IMG/VR virus record: IMGVR_UViG_2529293040_000016
Length of the DNA: 16,688 nucleotides
Reading direction: 5' to 3' (one strand)
DNA from: a virus
Lineage: Duplodnaviria; Heunggongvirae; Uroviricota; Caudoviricetes
Shown here: piece after piece, positions 1-7,918 of the stretch
Numbering within the stretch: position 1 is the first letter of the stretch
Layout of the letters: each line of letters opens with the position of its first letter
Made by a program: the position numbers and the translations under genes
The notes under the pieces: generated by a model
The model's database searches: none
Told to the model about the DNA's origin: nothing
What the model saw: the letters and a program-made list of their open reading frames with translations, nothing else

Positions 1-6
1 TGAACA

Positions 7-1347
7 TTAAAAATCAGCCTGATTCGGGATCAGTTTTTGCCAGATAACTGAAACGTATTTTGCTTGGTAACGGGCGTCATCAAGTGCATTATGGCGCTCA
101 CCTTCGAATGGAATAGCCGTTCTGGCATCGAAGTCTATGGCTTTCCCCAGCTCAACGATTGTGCGTACATCGCGATCGTTGTAGTAACGCCACGGGCAGG
201 GGATCCCCTGCCGTTCGTATGAACGGCGCAAAATCGTGTTGTCGAAGTTGGCTCCATTTCCCCAGACCTGAACAAAAAATTCACCGGAGTTTTCGTCGAT
301 AAATTCCCGCAATTGTAACAGTGCATCATCTAACGGGATTTCATCGGTCATAATGGCAGATTGCGCTTCGCGTGATTGCTTAAGCCACCATTTAATGGTG
401 TCCCGATCAATGACCCCGCCAGCAGTTTCCAGATCGATAGTCTTACTAAATTCCGGTCCCATATCTCCGGTTTGCGGATCGAAAAATATTGCACCTATTG
501 AGATGATCGGGGCATCAGGATTTTTTCCCATGGTTTCAAGGTCGATCATTAGATGGTCACACGTCCTGCTGGTGGATGTGATTTCGTGATGACCGTTCAC
601 CTTAATTGAGTGATCTGCCGTCTCGCCAGTTTCATTATCGCTATCGTGATGCTGATTGCCGTCAGTGTTCTCCTTGTGTGGATGCTCAGCGCCTTCCATT
701 TCCTCCGGATCATCTTCCTGAACTTCAACCTGATACTCTTCATCGAATGTTTCCTGGTATGTTGCGTCGCCCATCACCGCGCCACAATCAGGGCAGTTGC
801 CGCCGCCGGTCTGACCGCAGGCGGTGCAGACTTTTTCCACTTCCTGTTGCGCCACTGGTTCAGGCTGTTTCGTTTCTGGCTCGTTTTGTAACGCATTTGG
901 GCTGTTTTGTTCCGCTTTCTGGCCGTTCTGTTCCGTTTCTTGCTGGTTCTGATTCACTGAATCGCGGGTTTCAATCCCCTTCACCCATTTCGGATCATTC
1001 TGGTCGCTAATCCCTGCAACAAATTCTCCGCGAGAGGCAGCAAGCAACTTATCGGCGTCAGGCTGGCTGATATTGGCTGCCTGCATAATTTTGTTTACTT
1101 CGTCAGCGGTAACTTTTACCGGCTCTGGTTGTGCGGTCGTGTCAGATGCACCAGTATTTTGTTGTGAACCTGAGTATGTACCGTTTTTGCGGGCGAAATA
1201 TTCTTCTTTCGTGATTTCAGTAGCCCCTGTAGCCAGTGCCTTATCCAGACCAGAAAGTTTGTTTGCGCGACCGTATTTTTCGCTATCCTTGTCGGTGAAG
1301 AGGAAGTAGAACGGCCCTTCACGCTCTACAGATGGTTCGACTTCCAC
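7..1347 (-). CDS. DnaQ-like (DEDDh) 3'-5' exonuclease domain protein with acidic/Gln-rich N-terminal region containing a CxxC...CxxC zinc-ribbon-like motif
   Basis: 446-aa ORF in track. C-terminal half has the three exonuclease motifs as read by eye: MIDLETMG (D-x-E), [19 protein letters not shown] (H-x-x-x-x-D). N-terminal part has [16 protein letters not shown]. Start codon is GTG at 1347, overlapping the 3' end of the upstream gene by 22 nt; no clear SD, so start is uncertain. Confidence 0.75.
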   Translation of the reverse strand: MEVEPSVEREGPFYFLFTDKDSEKYGRANKLSGLDKALATGATEITKEEYFARKNGTYSGSQQNTGASDTTAQPEPVKVTADEVNKIMQAANISQPDADKLLAASRGEFVAGISDQNDPKWVKGIETRDSVNQNQQETEQNGQKAEQNSPNALQNEPETKQPEPVAQQEVEKVCTACGQTGGGNCPDCGAVMGDATYQETFDEEYQVEVQEDDPEEMEGAEHPHKENTDGNQHHDSDNETGETADHSIKVNGHHEITSTSRTCDHLMIDLETMGKNPDAPIISIGAIFFDPQTGDMGPEFSKTIDLETAGGVIDRDTIKWWLKQSREAQSAIMTDEIPLDDALLQLREFIDENSGEFFVQVWGNGANFDNTILRRSYERQGIPCPWRYYNDRDVRTIVELGKAIDFDARTAIPFEGERHNALDDARYQAKYVSVIWQKLIPNQADF

Positions 1348-2477
1348 TTTGCATTCGGTTTTTTCGTGTCCGGAATTGCCGTTTCCACTGCATCAGTTTC
1401 TGGTACTGGCGACGAGAGAGTATCAGTTGCGCTCTGATTTCTTCCTTCATCTTCAAACACGCCCTTTGTAGTCAGGTATTCAGTAATGTATTTGTTCAGT
1501 GCCACAGGGTCTTTGTGAATGTCGATCGGACGTTCACGGACAAGGCCAAAAATAGTCTGGCGGTCGTAGCGAAGGGCATCAGGCTGTTTGCGCATTGATG
1601 CCGAGATACGCTTCCAGTCTTCGCGGTCGTTGTCGATAACTTCTTTTTTTGCCCAGCGATGGATGCTGCCGTCAATGTTTCCGGCATCCACATCACCAGG
1701 CCAGAGAGCGTAGGCCAGTTCGTCATCCAGTGTTTTCCATGTCTGCTTGTATTCGCGATGAATGGCAGCAATGACCGGGCTGATTTTTCCTGTTGAATTT
1801 TCAGTGTGCTGTTGATTGGCTCTGGCGCGGGCGAGATCAACAACAGACGTGTATTTTCCGGTTTCCTTGCGTTCACCTTCGCGACGTTTTTTCCAGATGC
1901 GCATCTCTGCCTGAATTTCGGGCCATTTGGCACCAGGCTTACATTTATGCTTAACCCACCCGATGGCATGCAGCTTAAGCTCCGGATACATGGCGTTAAC
2001 TTCTGGCATTTTCATCAACGCTTCAACGATATGTCCGTCGAATGTTGCCATGTCTTCCTGCAACAATTCCTGTGCGCTAATAACCATATCAACGGTGATG
2101 TTTTCACATGTGTCGAACTTAACCATGACAGCGTTCGGTACTTCAGGGGCCAGCTTGTCAAAAGTGACGTTCATCGGATCTGATTCAGTCTCAACCGGGA
2201 CAAAGGAAGCAGACTCCTCATCCCAGCGGTTTTCCTGCATATATTCAGCATCCCAGGAATCGAGGGCAGGGCGGGGTATGCCGGGTTTATCCTCACAGAC
2301 AATAAATTTATAAGCGCAGTCCTGAGCAGCCGGATAATGTTCCAGGAATTGCCAGTGAAATTTTGCTCGAGCACGGCGTTCGTCGCCAGCTTCAATGGCT
2401 GTGGCTACAGCCACAGCGCCTTCTTCCCTTGTTGCCAGTTCGTCAGGAATAGCAGCGCAAATAAAGACTTTACTCAT
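1326..2477 (-). CDS. Prophage early-left-operon protein of unknown function (YdfE-like by position downstream of dicB/ydfD)
   Basis: 383-aa ORF, ATG at 2477 preceded by GAGG about 9 nt upstream. Same strand and tight spacing with flanking genes. No catalytic motif recognised. Naming by synteny with Qin prophage is inference. Confidence 0.7.
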   Translation of the reverse strand: MSKVFICAAIPDELATREEGAVAVATAIEAGDERRARAKFHWQFLEHYPAAQDCAYKFIVCEDKPGIPRPALDSWDAEYMQENRWDEESASFVPVETESDPMNVTFDKLAPEVPNAVMVKFDTCENITVDMVISAQELLQEDMATFDGHIVEALMKMPEVNAMYPELKLHAIGWVKHKCKPGAKWPEIQAEMRIWKKRREGERKETGKYTSVVDLARARANQQHTENSTGKISPVIAAIHREYKQTWKTLDDELAYALWPGDVDAGNIDGSIHRWAKKEVIDNDREDWKRISASMRKQPDALRYDRQTIFGLVRERPIDIHKDPVALNKYITEYLTTKGVFEDEGRNQSATDTLSSPVPETDAVETAIPDTKKPNAKWKSNHL

Positions 2478-2569
2478 TTTGTTTTACCTCATTACAGATT
2501 TAAGGGTGAACAAATCCCTGCCATTGCTGGCATATAAGAATGAAACCGGATGTTTATTACGGAACTGTT

Positions 2570-2761
2570 TTAAAGACCTGCCGGGATTTCGTTATTATCC
2601 TGGTGAATAACTTTATCGACCGGGTAACAGTTACCGGGAATTTTCTGTTCGGTTGCTGCAGTCACACACTCCTGCATTGTCCTGTGAACACTGACTGCAA
2701 TATCAACTGGCTCTCCGGAAACAAGAAAAACTGTCAGAACAAGTGCAAATGCTGTATTCAT
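2570..2761 (-). CDS. ydfD: Small membrane protein, YdfD-like (63 aa, N-terminal hydrophobic helix)
   Basis: ORF track 2570..2815; the internal ATG at 2761 has AGGA 8 nt upstream and overlaps the dicB stop as ATGA. Product MNTAFALVLTVFLVSGEP... is 63 aa with a single hydrophobic segment. Size and position immediately downstream of dicB match Qin ydfD from memory. Confidence 0.6.
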   Translation of the reverse strand: MNTAFALVLTVFLVSGEPVDIAVSVHRTMQECVTAATEQKIPGNCYPVDKVIHQDNNEIPAGL

Positions 2762-2946
2762 TGCCAGCATCCTTTTTGTATCGGACGTAAACGGGCCAGC
2801 ATTGAAAGAATGCATATTTTATTTAATAGCTCCCGTTCGTGTTTTCTCTTGTTAATGGCATCTTCAGTAAATACAGGGTTACTGATAGTGACACCAATTT
2901 CAAAACAACCTTCAGACGTATTAACGTTTGGTAATAACGTTTCCAT
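2758..2946 (-). CDS. dicB: Cell division inhibitor DicB (62 aa)
   Basis: Within track ORF 2758..3051; ATG at 2946 has GAGGA 7 nt upstream. Product METLLPNVNTSEGCFEIGVTISNPVFTEDAINKRK... matches my recollection of E. coli DicB nearly residue for residue. Lies directly downstream of the dicF sequence, as in Qin. Confidence 0.8.
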   Translation of the reverse strand: METLLPNVNTSEGCFEIGVTISNPVFTEDAINKRKHERELLNKICILSMLARLRPIQKGCWQ

Positions 2947-3120
2947 TATCGCGTCCTCAACAATGAATTTTGTGATGTGGTGCCTGGTGCCTCCAGGTGA
3001 CGTTAACCAGTTAACAATTAACGCCGGATACAGAGAATCCACCCATAACACTGTTTTTGGTTTTAACTGTTCCGCGTGCGCTCAGCCGCATTCACCGCAT
3101 CACAAAATTCACTTTAAAAA

Positions 3121-3173
3121 CGGCGGCAGAGCAGTCACGGAGTAAAACTGATACCGCCAAACGTCACCAGAAA
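3121..3173 (-). ncRNA. dicF: DicF small regulatory RNA (ftsZ-targeting sRNA of Qin-type prophages)
   Basis: Reverse complement of 3121-3173 reads TTTCTGGTGACGTTTGGCGGTATCAGTTTTACTCCGTGACTGCTCTGCCGCCG, essentially identical to the DicF sequence as I remember it, followed by a U-run on the minus strand. Correct position upstream of dicB. Confidence 0.8.
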
Positions 3174-3504
3174 ATTGATAACAGAGGGCGTTGCAGCGGG
3201 GTTGTCGCTTAAGCGTATGGTCAACCTGACAACCCGGTGTCCTCAACGGGGAAGGAATAACCCCGCCATACTTACCGCCGCGCCATTTCGCGGAGTGCCA
3301 CAACCGGAAGCGCACGGTCGAACTAAATTTAACGACACCGTACAGAGAGACCAATTTCGCCGTGCGCTTTCGCGTTATGCCCTGACTTTTCAGGGACATA
3401 TCCTTTCAGTAAACTGTCAGTGCCGGATGTTCACCCGTGTCCGGCGCACGCACTCCACCTGACCCGTGGAGAACTCCTTAATTACCAACCCTCAGGAGGG
3501 TGAA

Positions 3505-3783
3505 ATGGATAAAAAGCAAATTGAGGCCCTGCAATCTATTATTGAAAAACAAGATGAAGCTATCAGGATTCTTTCATATCGCACTGATATGATACTAAAT
3601 ATGCTTTCTGCATTAACGGCTGCGCTTGGTGGTACAAAAACAAACGTATACCGCGAAGTTGTTATTCAACAGATAGATAAATTTGAAAAAACCATACCAG
3701 GTATTAATGCTCATCTTGCAGAACAAGAGAAAGACCATGCTCTTATGGCAATTTCTTCAGTAGCTCTCCCGAAAGTTGAGTAG
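3505..3783 (+). CDS. Small predicted coiled-coil protein of unknown function, convergent to the early-left operon
   Basis: Track ORF 3466..3783; the ATG at 3505 is preceded by a strong SD (AGGAGGG, 5 nt spacing). Product MDKKQIEALQSIIEKQDEAIRIL... has heptad-like composition. Its 3' end overlaps the 3' end of the minus-strand 137-aa gene. Confidence 0.55.
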   Translation: MDKKQIEALQSIIEKQDEAIRILSYRTDMILNMLSALTAALGGTKTNVYREVVIQQIDKFEKTIPGINAHLAEQEKDHALMAISSVALPKVE

Positions 3784-4156
3784 TTTTAATTGTTGTTTTG
3801 AAATAATCACTGCTTTCACATTTGAGTGATTTCATGGCAATCCAAATGCGGGCCTCTGTGCCTGCATTTGGTTCCAGTTGCTGTAGACGTTTTGCGTCTT
3901 CCAAAAGTAAGGCGATAATGTGTTTCAGCTTCTCATCATTTGCTTGATTCTTGTTTTCAGGCGAATTCTGTCCGCCGAATAGGCGCTTCTCTTCATACAG
4001 ACCTATAAAGGCACGACGCACGTTACCGGATATAGTATCGATGGTTTCTTTTTCTACGGTACTCAGGTCAAGAGTCGCCAGTTGAGAGCGAACCACATTC
4101 GATGCCATTTCCTGGAATGGTACTGGTAAATCTTTAAATTCCATCGTCAACCTCAT
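3743..4156 (-). CDS. Hypothetical protein (137 aa) in dicB-type operon
   Basis: Track ORF. Start overlaps the stop of the upstream small gene as TGATG; an alternative ATG at 4144 has GAGG upstream. No family recognised. Confidence 0.6.
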   Translation of the reverse strand: MRLTMEFKDLPVPFQEMASNVVRSQLATLDLSTVEKETIDTISGNVRRAFIGLYEEKRLFGGQNSPENKNQANDEKLKHIIALLLEDAKRLQQLEPNAGTEARIWIAMKSLKCESSDYFKTTIKTTQLSGELLKKLP

Positions 4157-4308
4157 CAGTCAGTGTTTCTGGTTAACCAGCGACGCGCGCCAGCTTCAGT
4201 TTTAAACGTTTTGCTTCTGGTATACGTCATCGCGGTAAACGTGCCGTCCTGGTTGGGGAACACGCCACATACCAGAGATTCGTTGTTGCCAAGATTGAGC
4301 ATATCCAT
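4156..4308 (-). CDS. Small protein (about 50 aa), first gene of the leftward operon (YdfA-like by size and position)
   Basis: Track ORF 4156..4389; the internal ATG at 4308 has GAGG 5 nt upstream, whereas the longer N-terminal extension has no SD. Naming is inference from synteny only. Confidence 0.45.
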   Translation of the reverse strand: MDMLNLGNNESLVCGVFPNQDGTFTAMTYTRSKTFKTEAGARRWLTRNTD

Positions 4309-4493
4309 GTTGACCTCATTTCCCCTTAACGCCGGGGTAGCGGAACAAAAACCTGCTGCATAGTTATTAAAGTTGAACCCTGCCGTCATGTTCTTACGCC
4401 TCGGGCTGGCTACTTAACCCCTGACCACTGCCTGGTAACTCGAAGTATTGCCCTGCATTCTGTGGGGCGGGGTGGGTTGGTATGAAAAGAAGG

Positions 4494-4532
4494 ATACCCA
4501 TAGGTATTTAAAAAGTAAATACCTATGGGTAA
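4494..4532. promoter_or_regulatory. 39-bp near-perfect palindrome (ATACCCATAGGTATTTA - 5 bp - TAAATACCTATGGGTA), candidate left operator/promoter region
   Basis: Inverted repeat read directly from the sequence, between the repressor 3' end (4574) and the first leftward gene (4308). Half-site CCATAGGTA recurs in the repressor/cro intergenic region. Could alternatively act as an AT-rich terminator hairpin. Confidence 0.5.
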
Positions 4533-4573
4533 ATTTTTGCGGGGTCTTAACTGGTGACTAGTTGTTTGGTGAG

Positions 4574-4992
4574 CTATGATGCGTTTTGTGCTTTCTTTTT
4601 ACGGATTTCTTCGTAGATCATATTGTAATACTGTTTTTTCTCTTCAAGAGTTTTTAATAATTTATCCGCTTCACTTTCTGGCAGTTCGTCTAAGAGATCT
4701 AAAAAAATACGTTGTCGTGGCGTTAGAACCCTTGTTTCATAACTGGAGGCTGTGTTCGTTGATGATGAAACGATACCATCCATCCATCCCCGGGGTAACC
4801 CAAAGGACTCTTCGATAATCTCCACCATATCATCAGCGATCCGTTTTTTCCCTTTTTCCCCTCTGGGTACAACATTCTTGATACATAAGAAGGCTCGCGC
4901 CCGATCTTTCTGGCCACGTTAACCGCTTTACCATCGCATTTCTCATCACGAATTTTGATGAGTTGCTGTCGTCTAAATTCATATTTGTCCAT
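4574..4992 (-). CDS. Immunity repressor (N-terminal HTH) encoded in two overlapping frames; apparent -1 frameshift at an A/G homopolymer tract
   Basis: Track ORFs 4723..4992 (HTH-like ...GKAVNVARKIGREPSYVSRML...) and 4574..4828 (protein-like C-terminus ...LTPRQRIFLDLLDELPESEADKLLKTLEE...) are on the same strand, offset by -1. Both frames are open across the minus-strand GGGGAAAAAGGGAAAAAACGG tract (plus-strand 4843-4862). The ATG at 4992 has no SD. Confidence 0.6.
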
Positions 4993-5092
4993 AGGTAAAT
5001 AATAGATGCGATTACCGCAAGGTAAACAACCTGTGGGTATTGACTTTTGTTTACCTGCGGGTGTTCTTTGCTGTGTTTACTAAGGAGTAGCT
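4993..5092. promoter_or_regulatory. Divergent promoter/operator region between repressor and cro-like gene
   Basis: Repeated half-sites CCATAGGTAAAT (4989-5000), an imperfect inverted repeat ACCGCAAGGTAAAC (5013-5026) / GTTTACCTGCGGGT (5048-5061), and a TTGACT -35-like hexamer at 5040-5045. Promoter -10 elements not confidently assigned. Confidence 0.5.
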
Positions 5093-5374
5093 ATGGAAGA
5101 ATTAAGAATATTTCTCAATTCTCTTTCGTCAGATGAACAGCGTATGTTTGCATGCGAGTGTGGTACCAGCATCGGTTATCTAAGAAAGGCATTGAGTAAA
5201 GGTCAAGTGTTAGGGGCATCGTTATGTGTCCTTATTGAGCGAGCCAGTAATGGTGAAGTTACACGTCAGCAACTAAGGCCTTTTGATTGGATGAATATTT
5301 GGCCCGAGCTGGAAGATACCAAAACGTTAACACAACCACTTTCTAGGAGCTTGATTCATGAAAATCAAGCATGA
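5093..5374 (+). CDS. Cro-like HTH regulator (YdaS/DicC-type)
   Basis: Track ORF, 93 aa, strong SD AAGGAG upstream. HTH-like segment ...CECGTSIGYLRKALSKGQ.... Divergent from the repressor, which is the classical cro position. Confidence 0.75.
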   Translation: MEELRIFLNSLSSDEQRMFACECGTSIGYLRKALSKGQVLGASLCVLIERASNGEVTRQQLRPFDWMNIWPELEDTKTLTQPLSRSLIHENQA

Positions 5375-5783
5375 ACACATCCGCATGGCGATGAATGTCT
5401 GGGCGCATCCGGACGGCGAAAAAGTGCCGGCTGCGAAAATTACCAAAGCGTATTTCGAGCTGGGAATGACGTTCCCGGAACTGTATGACGACAGCCATCC
5501 GGAAGCCCTGGCCCGTAATACCCAGAAAATTTTCCGTTGGCTGGATAAAGACACCCCTGATGCTGTTGAAAAAATGCAGGCTCTGTTACCGGCGATCGAA
5601 AAGGCGATGCCGCCTTTGCTGGTGGCCCGTATGCGCAGCCACAGTTCTGAATATTACCGTGAGATCGTCGAACGGAGGGATCGGCTGGTGAAGGATGTCG
5701 ATGATTTTGTTGCGTCAGCGGTTGTTTTGTATGACCAGATGAATCGCGGCGGCCCGGCAGGGAATGCTGTGGTGATGCACTAA
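5358..5783 (+). CDS. YdaT-like / CII-like early regulator (141 aa)
   Basis: Track ORF with TAGGAG SD 8 nt upstream. Sequence resembles Rac YdaT as I recall it; position is that of cII. Family assignment is from memory, not computed. Confidence 0.7.
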   Translation: MKIKHEHIRMAMNVWAHPDGEKVPAAKITKAYFELGMTFPELYDDSHPEALARNTQKIFRWLDKDTPDAVEKMQALLPAIEKAMPPLLVARMRSHSSEYYREIVERRDRLVKDVDDFVASAVVLYDQMNRGGPAGNAVVMH

Positions 5784-5805
5784 AAGCACGGTGTTCGGGG
5801 GTTTT

Positions 5806-6768
5806 ATGAGCAGCAAGCTTCATGGTCTTGTCTGGGAAGGGTGCGCCTTCACCGGCATGATCTTATCCAGGGTGGCGGTTATGGCCCGTCTTGCAGACTA
5901 CAGCAATGACGAGGGCGTGTCATGGCCTGCCATTGAAACTATCCGGCGTCAGATCGGTGCAAGAAGTGAATCCACAGTGAAATCGGCTATTGCAGAACTG
6001 GCGAAAGAGGGCTGGCTGACGAAGGAAGAGCGTAAGGTCGGTGGGCGTAATGTAAGCAATATCTATCGGCTTAATGTGGAAAAACTCGAAGCAGCTGCGG
6101 CGGCGGCGCGTGAGTCATATAAACCGAAAAGAAAAATTAGCCCGGCAAAAAATGACCCGTTAACAGTTGACCCGTCAAATATTGACCCCTCAACGGTTGA
6201 CCCGTCAAATTTTGATGGATCAACTGTTGATAAAAAACTGCCGATTAGGGGGGCGATGATTGACCCCGATCCGTCAGTATTAAAACCTGATCCGTCAGAT
6301 AAAAGATCTTCTTGTCCGGACGCTTCGCAACCGGACCCGCAGACGGCTGAACAGGATTTTTTAACCCGACACCCTGACGCGGTTGTGTTCAGTGCGAAAA
6401 AACGCCAGTGGGGAAGTCAGGAAGATTTGGTGTGCGCACAGTGGATCTGGGGACGAATCGTGAGTCTTTACGAGCAGGCGGCCAGCTATGATGGCGAGAT
6501 CGCTAGACCGAAAGAACCCAACTGGACAGCATGGGCCAATGACGTTCGCACAATGCGGATGCTGGATGGCAGAACTCACAGACAAATTTGTGAAATGTTT
6601 GGGCGTCTCCAGCGGGATTCGTTCTGGGTAAAAAACATCATGAGTCCGGCAAAACTCCGGGAAAAATGGGATGAACTGGTTATCCGCCTGGGGCGTTCGC
6701 CTGCGCAGCGTTGCGTGAATCACATTTCTGAACCGGACACTGAAATTCCGCCGGGCTTCAGGGGGTAA
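5806..6768 (+). CDS. Replication initiator (O-like) with N-terminal winged-HTH domain and in-gene iterons
   Basis: Track ORF 5791..6768; the ATG at 5806 follows a G-rich SD. The N-terminus (...LSRVAVMARLADYSNDEGVSWPAIETIRRQIGARSESTVKSAIAELAKEGWL) is typical of phage replication-initiator HTH domains. The central DP(S/L)(T/N)(V/I) peptide repeats are encoded by tandem DNA iterons. Confidence 0.75.
   Translation: MSSKLHGLVWEGCAFTGMILSRVAVMARLADYSNDEGVSWPAIETIRRQIGARSESTVKSAIAELAKEGWLTKEERKVGGRNVSNIYRLNVEKLEAAAAAARESYKPKRKISPAKNDPLTVDPSNIDPSTVDPSNFDGSTVDKKLPIRGAMIDPDPSVLKPDPSDKRSSCPDASQPDPQTAEQDFLTRHPDAVVFSAKKRQWGSQEDLVCAQWIWGRIVSLYEQAASYDGEIARPKEPNWTAWANDVRTMRMLDGRTHRQICEMFGRLQRDSFWVKNIMSPAKLREKWDELVIRLGRSPAQRCVNHISEPDTEIPPGFRG
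6153..6242 (+). repeat. Iteron array: about six tandem 15-bp repeats (TGACCCGTCAAATNT-like), probable replication origin inside the initiator gene
   Basis: Direct repeats with 15-bp period starting at 6153, 6168, 6183, 6198, 6213 and 6228, the last two degenerate and followed by an A-rich stretch. Further related copies lie at about 6260 and 6288. Same architecture as ori-lambda within gene O. Confidence 0.65.
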
Positions 6769-6808
6769 GTGTTAATTTCTGGTCATGAGGTAATTTTCAG
6801 GAGGGCTT

Positions 6809-7231
6809 GTGGCAAAAGTTTTTACACAAGAAGAGCGGGAAAAAATTAAAGGGCAGGTTGTTGAACTCGTACGCCAGAGTGGGCGCGAGACGTTACGACA
6901 ACTGGAAACTAAAACTGGGGCAACAAGATATCTGATGAGCGTTCTGGCCAGAGAGCTGGTTGCCAGTGGCGATGTATACAACTCTGGTTACGGGTTATTC
7001 CCGTCTGAACAGGCGCGTAAGGACTGGCAAAATGCCCGTAAAAAGCTCTCAAGGGCAAAGCTGAAGAAACCATCTGCGGTTGATCCGGACCTTATCTGGT
7101 CATTACCTGACGGAGAAATACGTCGCTACGACAGGCGTCAGAACATAATCTGTCGCGAGTGCCGGAAGAGCGAAGCTATGCAGCGCGTACTGGCGTTTTA
7201 TCAGGGGAATTTTGAGGAGGTGGTGCGGTGA
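6809..7231 (+). CDS. Hypothetical protein (140 aa)
   Basis: Track ORF with GTG start and AGGAGG SD at 6794-6799. No Walker A motif, so not a DnaC/P-type helicase loader. Function unknown. Confidence 0.65.
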   Translation: MAKVFTQEEREKIKGQVVELVRQSGRETLRQLETKTGATRYLMSVLARELVASGDVYNSGYGLFPSEQARKDWQNARKKLSRAKLKKPSAVDPDLIWSLPDGEIRRYDRRQNIICRECRKSEAMQRVLAFYQGNFEEVVR

Positions 7232-7474
7232 GTGAATCAAAATGCCAGGTTAATGGCAACAAGATAGAACCATGTGCAGCACTGGCAAAGTCCCTTGAGC
7301 GTGATGCTGAATACACGATGCGAAAAGGTCTGCTGATATACAAAATCTGAAATGAGAGTTTAACTCGCGGTCCTGATTTTGTGATGTTGCGTTCCGGTGA
7401 ATTTTCTAAATTACCAGTTCGGGTTTCATTTTGTCCGTTCTGTGGTGAAAGTCTGAAAACGTGGGAGAACAGAA

Positions 7475-7786
7475 ATGAATGAAATTAAAGAAATACCAGT
7501 AGTACGTGATGAATATGGCTGCTGGACGCATCCTGAATATGAAAAATTCTGTGACGGTCGGGAATATATTTCAACGGAAGAGTTTAACGCCTGGATGGAG
7601 GAAAATAATCTTCAATACGGCCTCTGCTTCAGAGATGAAGGATGTGCTGACCTTGATGCGTGTGATGCTGATATTTCTGCATGGGAACCGGAACGACCAG
7701 AGGGCAATGGATGGTTTATTGGTTCAATACATGACACCGAAGATGGCCCGGTTTGTGTATGGCTGAGAAATAAGGTCGAAGCATAA
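7475..7786 (+). CDS. Hypothetical acidic Cys-rich phage protein (103 aa), nin-region type
   Basis: Track ORF. Codon usage and GC match the prophage backbone. No family assigned. Confidence 0.65.
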   Translation: MNEIKEIPVVRDEYGCWTHPEYEKFCDGREYISTEEFNAWMEENNLQYGLCFRDEGCADLDACDADISAWEPERPEGNGWFIGSIHDTEDGPVCVWLRNKVEA

Positions 7787-7918
7787 AGGCTATAAACCGA
7801 CTAACAACTAAATACTGAAGATTTAAATCAGAAACGATTTTTATTAAATCCTTAACCGGAGGGATTCCTGCACCCTCAAATCATCAGGAGGCCGCCCGAA
7901 AGGGCGGTGGAGATAATA

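Noticed and set aside
135-1322. Several overlapping ORFs within and antisense to the exonuclease gene (135..329, 353..589, 606..1010, 610..891, 1073..1309, 1116..1322)
   Set aside because: All are embedded in the long, motif-bearing 446-aa ORF, with skewed composition (Arg/Cys/Ser-rich) and no SDs; they are shadow frames.
1332-2395. ORFs overlapping the 383-aa gene (1332..1598, 1496..1969, 1806..2183, 1927..2313, 2171..2395)
   Set aside because: Alternate-frame or antisense shadows of a single continuous coding frame; no independent start signals.
3109-3462. ORFs 3109..3399 (-) and 3175..3462 (+) across the DicF region
   Set aside because: They overlap the dicF sRNA and its GC-rich precursor region. 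The products are Arg/Trp/Cys-rich and not protein-like. The region is better explained as structured non-coding RNA.
6151-6300. Tandem repeats inside the replication gene as a possible CRISPR array or mobile-element scar
   Set aside because: Repeats are contiguous 15-bp units without unique spacers and are in-frame coding sequence; this matches origin iterons, not CRISPR.
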